From the IMG/VR virus record IMGVR_UViG_3300027833_002114, positions 4,543-68,542 of that record: DNA of 64,000 nucleotides; one strand, written 5' to 3'. Positions 59,003 through 64,000 of the stretch are shown here, piece by piece; position 1 is the stretch's first letter, and the number at the start of each line of letters is the position of its first letter. The DNA is from a virus. Under the pieces are notes generated by a model. The model saw nothing but the letters and a program-made list of their open reading frames with translations, had not been told where the DNA came from and ran no database searches. Position numbers and translations under genes: made by a program.

Positions 59003-59337
59003 GAAAGTATATAGTATTAATATTGTTTGTTATATTATCTTGTCAACCAGAAGATTTGATGATTGTAGAACCACTACCACAATACGAAATGATATTTGAA
59101 GAAACTGAATCATCAGTAACAGATGGACAAGAATTTTCTTTTGAAATAATATCAGAAGAAGAACATCATTTAGTGATATCAAAAGATGGTTCTGTTATTG
59201 CAAAAGAATCATTTTTACCTACACTTGAATTGAATACAAGAAAGATTTATACTAAATCACTTCCTAAAGATTTGTTACAATTGGAACTAATTAATTCCAA
59301 TGGTGTTATAAAAAACACTTTTATACAAATATACTAA
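58999..59337 (+). CDS. Lipoprotein with a T9SS-CTD-like domain, paralog of 52694..53071
   Basis: Lipobox ILSC then QPED; N...IYTKSLPKDLLQLEL. Confidence 0.6.
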   Translation: MRKYIVLILFVILSCQPEDLMIVEPLPQYEMIFEETESSVTDGQEFSFEIISEEEHHLVISKDGSVIAKESFLPTLELNTRKIYTKSLPKDLLQLELINSNGVIKNTFIQIY

Positions 59338-59345
59338 TATTTATA
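59336..59345 (+). promoter_or_regulatory. Candidate late-type promoter
   Basis: AATATTTATA, intergenic. Confidence 0.45.
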
Positions 59346-59351
59346 TATAAA

Positions 59352-59444
59352 ATGGAAAACCTCATACTTCTGTTCAAGTGTGTTATCATATTGGTAATTT
59401 TTTATATTGGAATGAACAGATTTTTTAAGTGGTTAGATAAATAG
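59352..59444 (+). CDS. Small single-TM peptide (30 aa), absent from the ORF track
   Basis: MENLILLFKCVIILVIFYIGMNRFFKWLDK. Confidence 0.5.
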   Translation: MENLILLFKCVIILVIFYIGMNRFFKWLDK

Positions 59445-59446
59445 AA

Positions 59447-59659
59447 ATGTCAGCAAAATTAAAACCAAGTTCTAAAGAATATGTTAGAGTCAATAATAAA
59501 TTGACCAATAAATTTGTAATTAAACATTACACTCCTTCAAATACATCTACTGATGAGTTAATCAAGATGTATGATTCACCATCAATGAAAAGAAAAAGAG
59601 GAATTATTCAGAGAGAACTTATGAAAAGAGGAAAATGGGAAAGCTTAAAGAAAAAATAA
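59447..59659 (+). CDS. Small basic hypothetical protein
   Basis: Packed ORF. Confidence 0.7.
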   Translation: MSAKLKPSSKEYVRVNNKLTNKFVIKHYTPSNTSTDELIKMYDSPSMKRKRGIIQRELMKRGKWESLKKK

Positions 59660-59820
59660 TTGAAAAAGGAAGTGGTTTAGTTGCTAAATCAAAAACTAAA
59701 AAACAATTAGAAAAAGTATTACCAAAACCTTTAGCCAAACAAATCTCAAAAAAAGTTGGTAAGGGTGTAGAATCTATCACATCTAAAGCGATAGAATTGT
59801 GGAATAAATTTAACAAATAA
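59635..59820 (+). CDS. Small basic hypothetical protein
   Basis: Overlapping packed ORF. Confidence 0.6.
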   Translation: MGKLKEKIIEKGSGLVAKSKTKKQLEKVLPKPLAKQISKKVGKGVESITSKAIELWNKFNK

Positions 59821-59825
59821 TTTTA

Positions 59826-60536
59826 ATGGGTACTCTTTATACATTTGGATGTAGTTATACTGCTCCTTATCGTAAATCATCAAAAAATACCGAATCATCG
59901 GAGTTGAGTTTGTATGATAGCTATTATGATTACAGAAATCAATCATTTCCACTAACATGGCCAGAAATACTTTCTTCAAAATTAAATTTAAAATTAAATA
60001 ATCTAGGTAAAGAAGCTCAAGGTAATGATTATGTATTTGAATCTTTTTGTAAAATTTCACATGAAATTGAAAAAGGAGATTGTGTAGTATATGAAGTTCC
60101 ATATGTAGAAAGATTTCGAATAATAGATGATAATGATGAATGGACAGCTGCTAGTAGTGAAACAGATGTATCATATTGTCCTCTAAATATTTCTGAATTT
60201 ATTGGAGTACAAAGAACGAATGATAGATATATTGAGGAAATACTAAATAGGTTAAAGTTTATCAAAGCATATTCTGAATCAAAAGGATTTGAATTTTATG
60301 TATGGTTTGCAGATAATAGGTTTCATAAATTTATAGATTTAAAGAATTCAATATATCTTTTAAATACATACTTAATTAAAGATATTGAACAAAGTGTCTT
60401 TAATCCTGTTTTTGACTTGGGAGGACTTAGGATATATGAAGAAACTAATAATGAAATATATGATTTGCATTTCGGAGAAAGTGCACATAAAATACTTGCA
60501 GATTTGTTTTATAAACACATGACAAATATCTTATAA
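59826..60536 (+). CDS. SGNH/GDSL-like hydrolase
   Basis: TFGCSYT, TWP, NLG....N, DLHFGESAH. Confidence 0.65.
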   Translation: MGTLYTFGCSYTAPYRKSSKNTESSELSLYDSYYDYRNQSFPLTWPEILSSKLNLKLNNLGKEAQGNDYVFESFCKISHEIEKGDCVVYEVPYVERFRIIDDNDEWTAASSETDVSYCPLNISEFIGVQRTNDRYIEEILNRLKFIKAYSESKGFEFYVWFADNRFHKFIDLKNSIYLLNTYLIKDIEQSVFNPVFDLGGLRIYEETNNEIYDLHFGESAHKILADLFYKHMTNIL

Positions 60537-60547
60537 AATCTTAACTA

Positions 60548-60557
60548 TATATTTATA
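60548..60557 (+). promoter_or_regulatory. Candidate late-type promoter
   Basis: TATATTTATA just upstream of the ATG. Confidence 0.45.
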
Positions 60558-60562
60558 CTAGT

Positions 60563-61210
60563 ATGTTCATATTCACAGAAGAAAATATCGGAAATATTAA
60601 AAATGCTATCTATACCAAAGATGGTATACCAGACAAACTCGCTAAGAAAATTGAAGGAATCAAAGATGGTTTTTTTAAAGATTTCAATTATTCTAAATAT
60701 AAAGTAAAAAATCCTCCAAAAAATACTTCCATGATAGTTTATAATGAACTACAATATCTAAAAGATTTACCAGAAGATGATGAATATGTTGAAGAACATG
60801 ATGATATTGAAAAAGTATTTGAACAAGTTTGTAAAGAAAATAATGTAGAATATCCAAAAGAATTAGTAGAAAAATTACTCATATCAGCTGCAGGAATTAT
60901 ATTAGATTTAAAATACATACATAACAGACCAAGACCATTTCAATTGGCATCTCATTACAACATGAAATTAAGTGCAAATGTATTGGATTCTATGAAAACC
61001 CCATCTTACCCATCAGGACATTCCACACAAGGTATTTTGATAGGGAAGGTACTACAAACTAGATTACCAATCAATACAGATGCCTTTTTGGAAGCAGGAA
61101 AACGAATATCATATAGTAGAAATATAGGAAGAGCACACTATCCATCTGACTCAAGATTGGGTGAAGATATTGGTGATGCAATGTTTAGATACATTAGAGA
61201 GAAGATTTAA
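60563..61210 (+). CDS. PAP2 / haloperoxidase-superfamily phosphatase
   Basis: K....RPRP, PSYPSGH, SR...RAHYPSD. Confidence 0.88.
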   Translation: MFIFTEENIGNIKNAIYTKDGIPDKLAKKIEGIKDGFFKDFNYSKYKVKNPPKNTSMIVYNELQYLKDLPEDDEYVEEHDDIEKVFEQVCKENNVEYPKELVEKLLISAAGIILDLKYIHNRPRPFQLASHYNMKLSANVLDSMKTPSYPSGHSTQGILIGKVLQTRLPINTDAFLEAGKRISYSRNIGRAHYPSDSRLGEDIGDAMFRYIREKI

Positions 61211-61231
61211 ATAATTATTTACAAATACTTT

Positions 61232-61241
61232 TATACTTATA
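61232..61241 (+). promoter_or_regulatory. Candidate late-type promoter (variant)
   Basis: TATACTTATA, intergenic. Confidence 0.4.
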
Positions 61242-61266
61242 TAGTATAGAACACTAAGGAATTAAT

Positions 61267-61527
61267 ATGAAACTATCAGAATTTAAAGAAGCAGTTAGAA
61301 AGGTACTTAGAGAAAGAAGTATCAACGCTATTTCAAAACTACAACAAAAAAATGTTGAAAATATTGCTAAAGCATTAGAGTTCTACAAAAAGAACAAACA
61401 CACAGATAAAAAAGAACCGTTTATCAAACTTCTTAAAAAACTAGGTAAAGAGAAAGAAGCTCTAGCAAAAGAACTTGATATGAAAGTTAGTGGTATGTAT
61501 AAAAACGCGGAGTACAAAGGTGATTAA
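61267..61527 (+). CDS. Hypothetical protein, candidate internal head protein
   Basis: MKLSEFKEAVRKVLRE leader; TAAGGA upstream. Confidence 0.65.
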   Translation: MKLSEFKEAVRKVLRERSINAISKLQQKNVENIAKALEFYKKNKHTDKKEPFIKLLKKLGKEKEALAKELDMKVSGMYKNAEYKGD

Positions 61528-61873
61528 ACTAAAAGATGTATTATCGGAAGTTAAGTGGGAAGGTAAGTCAGTAGAACTTGGTAAAGTTTATTCTAATCCT
61601 TATGCAACTTCATTCAAACCACAAGAAACTATAAAAGAAGAAGAGATAAAAGAAGATGACCATGAAGTAGGTATGGGATTATCATCTCTAAAATCATCAG
61701 TTCGTTCCGCAAAAATCATATATACTAATATCAAAAAACGTAATATTGAAGATTTAGATGGTTGGGTTCAAGAAAAAATGACCTTAGCCGCTGATTATCT
61801 TAAAAATGTTGCTGATTACATGGAAGATTTAGACGAATACGATACAGATGGAACAGATACTAGGGAATCATAA
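61520..61873 (+). CDS. Hypothetical protein, candidate internal head protein
   Basis: GTG start gives MIKLKDVLSE; DHEVGM...WVQEKMTLAADYL. Confidence 0.65.
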   Translation: MIKLKDVLSEVKWEGKSVELGKVYSNPYATSFKPQETIKEEEIKEDDHEVGMGLSSLKSSVRSAKIIYTNIKKRNIEDLDGWVQEKMTLAADYLKNVADYMEDLDEYDTDGTDTRES

Positions 61874-62486
61874 TCATATAATGGAATTAATTGCAGCATT
61901 TCTAACAGGAGTAGTTGGACCGATAATGTATTTACTTATCAGCAAACATCTACAAAAACAAAAAGATAAAAACAGAGATGTTGTAAAAGAAAACATCTCA
62001 AGTGTTTCTCTAATTTCAAACGAACTCGAAGAAATCAGAGAAGATTTCAATGGAGATAGAGTTTGGATTGCTCAATTTCATAATGGTGGTAACTTTTATC
62101 CCACAGGTAAATCAATCCAAAAATTCTCAATATTCTATGAAGTAACCAAAGTTGGTGTATCTTCAGTATCTCATACCTTTAATAACATCCCATGTTCACT
62201 TTATCCCAAAACATTTGAACATACAATGGATGGAAACAATATTTTTATTCCAGATTTTCAAGACCCTAAAATTGCAACCTATGGATTAAAAGGAGCAGCA
62301 GAATCTGTTGGTACAAAATCTACATACTTAGTACCACTATTTACCTTAGATGATAAGTACATTGGAAACATGGGAATGGATTATGTTGGTAGAAAAAAGA
62401 AAATGACCAAAGATGATTGGGAACATTTTCAAATCAAAGCTGGTAGAATCGCAGGATACATTTCAAACCACTTATCTAGTACCTAA
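61848..62486 (+). CDS. Single-TM GAF-domain protein, T4 T-holin-like
   Basis: N-terminal TM helix; DRVWIAQFHNGG, LVPLF...IGNMGMDY. Confidence 0.6.
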   Translation: MEQILGNHNHIMELIAAFLTGVVGPIMYLLISKHLQKQKDKNRDVVKENISSVSLISNELEEIREDFNGDRVWIAQFHNGGNFYPTGKSIQKFSIFYEVTKVGVSSVSHTFNNIPCSLYPKTFEHTMDGNNIFIPDFQDPKIATYGLKGAAESVGTKSTYLVPLFTLDDKYIGNMGMDYVGRKKKMTKDDWEHFQIKAGRIAGYISNHLSST

Positions 62487-62536
62487 AACACCCTTATTTA
62501 TATCTCTTATAAACTAGCAAAATAATTCACTTTTTG

Positions 62537-62577
62537 CTTGGATTTCTCGTATTTTTTTCGTACATTTACTATGTAAA
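62537..62577 (+). promoter_or_regulatory. Early-type promoter, TACATTTAC variant
   Basis: CTTGGATTTCTC...TTTTCGTACATTTACTATGTAAA; preceded by AATAATTCACTTTTT as at 304-318. Confidence 0.72.
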
Positions 62578-62596
62578 TGATTAAAGATTAAAAGAT

Positions 62597-62824
62597 ATGA
62601 CAATTAAACAATTTTACTTAGAAACGTACCCAACTGATGATATGGGTAAAGATATTAAAGATGATGCTACTTTTGTTGGATTAGTTACTCAACTATTTGG
62701 TGAAGGTGATGTTTATGATTACCTTGGTGTTTACGATAGTTTAATAAGAGAAAGGTTATTCTCAGAACTAGCAAAACAACTAAAAACAAGTTATGATTAT
62801 GTTTACAACTTGTGGTTAAAATAA
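62597..62824 (+). CDS. Hypothetical early protein
   Basis: DVYDYLGVYDSLIRERLFSELA; first ORF after the promoter. Confidence 0.7.
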   Translation: MTIKQFYLETYPTDDMGKDIKDDATFVGLVTQLFGEGDVYDYLGVYDSLIRERLFSELAKQLKTSYDYVYNLWLK

Positions 62825-62845
62825 TCAAAAATAAGTGTTAAAAAG

Positions 62846-62910
62846 CTTGTTTATTCCAATTATTTTTCGTATATTTACTATGTAGTTTTGAGAGAGTTGA
62901 GAGAGCTACA
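62846..62910 (+). promoter_or_regulatory. Early-type promoter followed by a 5' hairpin
   Basis: CTTG...TTTTCGTATATTTACTATG; TGTAGTTTT (62881-89) / AGAGCTACA (62902-10). Confidence 0.72.
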
Positions 62911-62933
62911 TTAACCTTTAAAACCCATAAAAT

Positions 62934-63176
62934 ATGAGCGATTTAAGAACATTTGATTTAGGAGAAGCAGTTGAGGATTTTAACCTCTTCGAAATGTTGG
63001 TAAATACCAAAGAGTATGTTACCAAAGATGAGTTCAATTTCATCGTAGGGTGGGATGCAACTGAGAAGAACAACTTCTCATATGTTGATTCTTACTTAGG
63101 TGATTATCTAAACCTAAACCTTTATTCAGAACATGAACATCATGATTTTCAATATAGAATGGAATGTGGAATTTAA
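62934..63176 (+). CDS. Acidic hypothetical early protein
   Basis: First ORF after the promoter. Confidence 0.7.
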   Translation: MSDLRTFDLGEAVEDFNLFEMLVNTKEYVTKDEFNFIVGWDATEKNNFSYVDSYLGDYLNLNLYSEHEHHDFQYRMECGI

Positions 63177-63186
63177 AATATAAATT

Positions 63187-63552
63187 ATGAAAACAGTAAG
63201 ACAGTATTTAAGAGAAGAGTGGAGTGAGAATAGTGGACATATTACAAAGAAGGCTATCCTAAACAATGCGTGTGATAGAATTGGAAGTTATCAAAGTTAT
63301 AACGATATAGAAGGAGCGTATATGGCAGTATATTCTTATTGGGACCACAATGTTGAACACTTCAATGAGGTAGAAAATCACAAGTACGTTGGTTACGAGA
63401 TTAACGTAGATGGTCAAAAAGAACAATGGTTAATGAAAAACTATGGTGTACACTCAATCAAACTTATAATTCCTCAATGGGTTATGAATATAAAAGCTGA
63501 TAGTGAGAGACATGCTTCTAATTTGTTTAACAAATACTTAAAAAGATTGTAG
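63187..63552 (+). CDS. Hypothetical protein
   Basis: Packed ORF. Confidence 0.7.
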   Translation: MKTVRQYLREEWSENSGHITKKAILNNACDRIGSYQSYNDIEGAYMAVYSYWDHNVEHFNEVENHKYVGYEINVDGQKEQWLMKNYGVHSIKLIIPQWVMNIKADSERHASNLFNKYLKRL

Positions 63553-63554
63553 TT

Positions 63555-63564
63555 AATATTTATA
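63555..63564 (+). promoter_or_regulatory. Candidate late-type promoter
   Basis: AATATTTATA followed by AGGAG (63572-63576). Confidence 0.5.
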
Positions 63565-63582
63565 TACTAATAGGAGAACATT

Positions 63583-63909
63583 ATGATAACATTAAAATCA
63601 ATATTAGAAGATGCTAAAATCAATACAAAGATTGATGAAGCAAACGATACATACTTTAAATCCTTTACAGATGCAGTAGAATTCGCTAGAAAAGCTACTG
63701 AAAAAAGAGGATTCACAATCGATGAAGATGATTGGCAAACTCAAATTGCTTTTGGTGGTAAGTACACTCGTTCAAGACCTTCTAAGGGTAAAACGAATTC
63801 ATTTACAGTAGGATTACTTAAGAATGGTAAACCACAAAGAAAATCATTACAAATCTCTGTATTTGGTATGCCAAGTGGTTCTTATGAGTTAACCCACTAC
63901 ATTAACTAA
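63583..63909 (+). CDS. Hypothetical protein, candidate internal head protein
   Basis: MITLKSILE leader; LQISVFGM.SG.YEL..Y. Confidence 0.7.
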   Translation: MITLKSILEDAKINTKIDEANDTYFKSFTDAVEFARKATEKRGFTIDEDDWQTQIAFGGKYTRSRPSKGKTNSFTVGLLKNGKPQRKSLQISVFGMPSGSYELTHYIN

Positions 63910-64000
63910 TGATTAAATTAAAAGATATGATAAGTAGAAGTTTATTTGTAGAATCAAAGAAACTCAGAGTGTTCGATTTTGATGATACTTTGGTTAAAAC
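63909..64000 (+). CDS. HAD-superfamily protein, 3'-truncated by the window
   Basis: MIKLKDMISRSLFVESKKLRVFDFDDTLVK (DxDxT motif); TAATG coupling. Confidence 0.7.
   Translation, partial: MIKLKDMISRSLFVESKKLRVFDFDDTLVK

Noticed and set aside
50532-59337. Classical curli operon or cellulosome
   Set aside because: No curlin repeats, CsgE/F or glycoside hydrolase domains seen

Overview
This window is a gene-dense, AT-rich stretch with every credible gene on the + strand, from a large T4-like (jumbo-type) dsDNA phage. The host is most likely Bacteroidota/Flavobacteria: there are 15 copies of a TTnG-N19-21-TAnnTTT(G/A) promoter, A-rich starts without Shine-Dalgarno sites, a Bacteroidota-style TonB-dependent receptor and acidic lipoprotein export signals. 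It carries a replication and nucleotide block (gp32-like SSB, RecA/UvsX, 5'-3' exonuclease, helicase, NrdAB, PolB, clamp, clamp loader, GroEL/ES, IMPDH/GMP reductase). Interleaved with that block is a candidate DNA-modification set (AsnB-like amidotransferase, GNAT, three SPPY amino-methyltransferases, a nuclease-ParB fusion); several of these carry FF/FW motifs like the C-terminal tail of the polymerase. Other modules are a TBDR + S1/P1 nuclease cluster, a 13-kb glycosylation island with a GT29 sialyltransferase-like domain and a CMP-ulosonate synthetase, and a 9-kb envelope operon with CsgG-like proteins and two cohesin/dockerin-like proteins, each followed by a stand-alone T9SS-CTD-like lipoprotein. 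Non-coding signals include a second (late-type) promoter class linked to Shine-Dalgarno use, a sigma54-like groEL promoter, two candidate pseudoknots and apparent complete GATC avoidance. All family calls come from motif recognition by eye; no searches were run.
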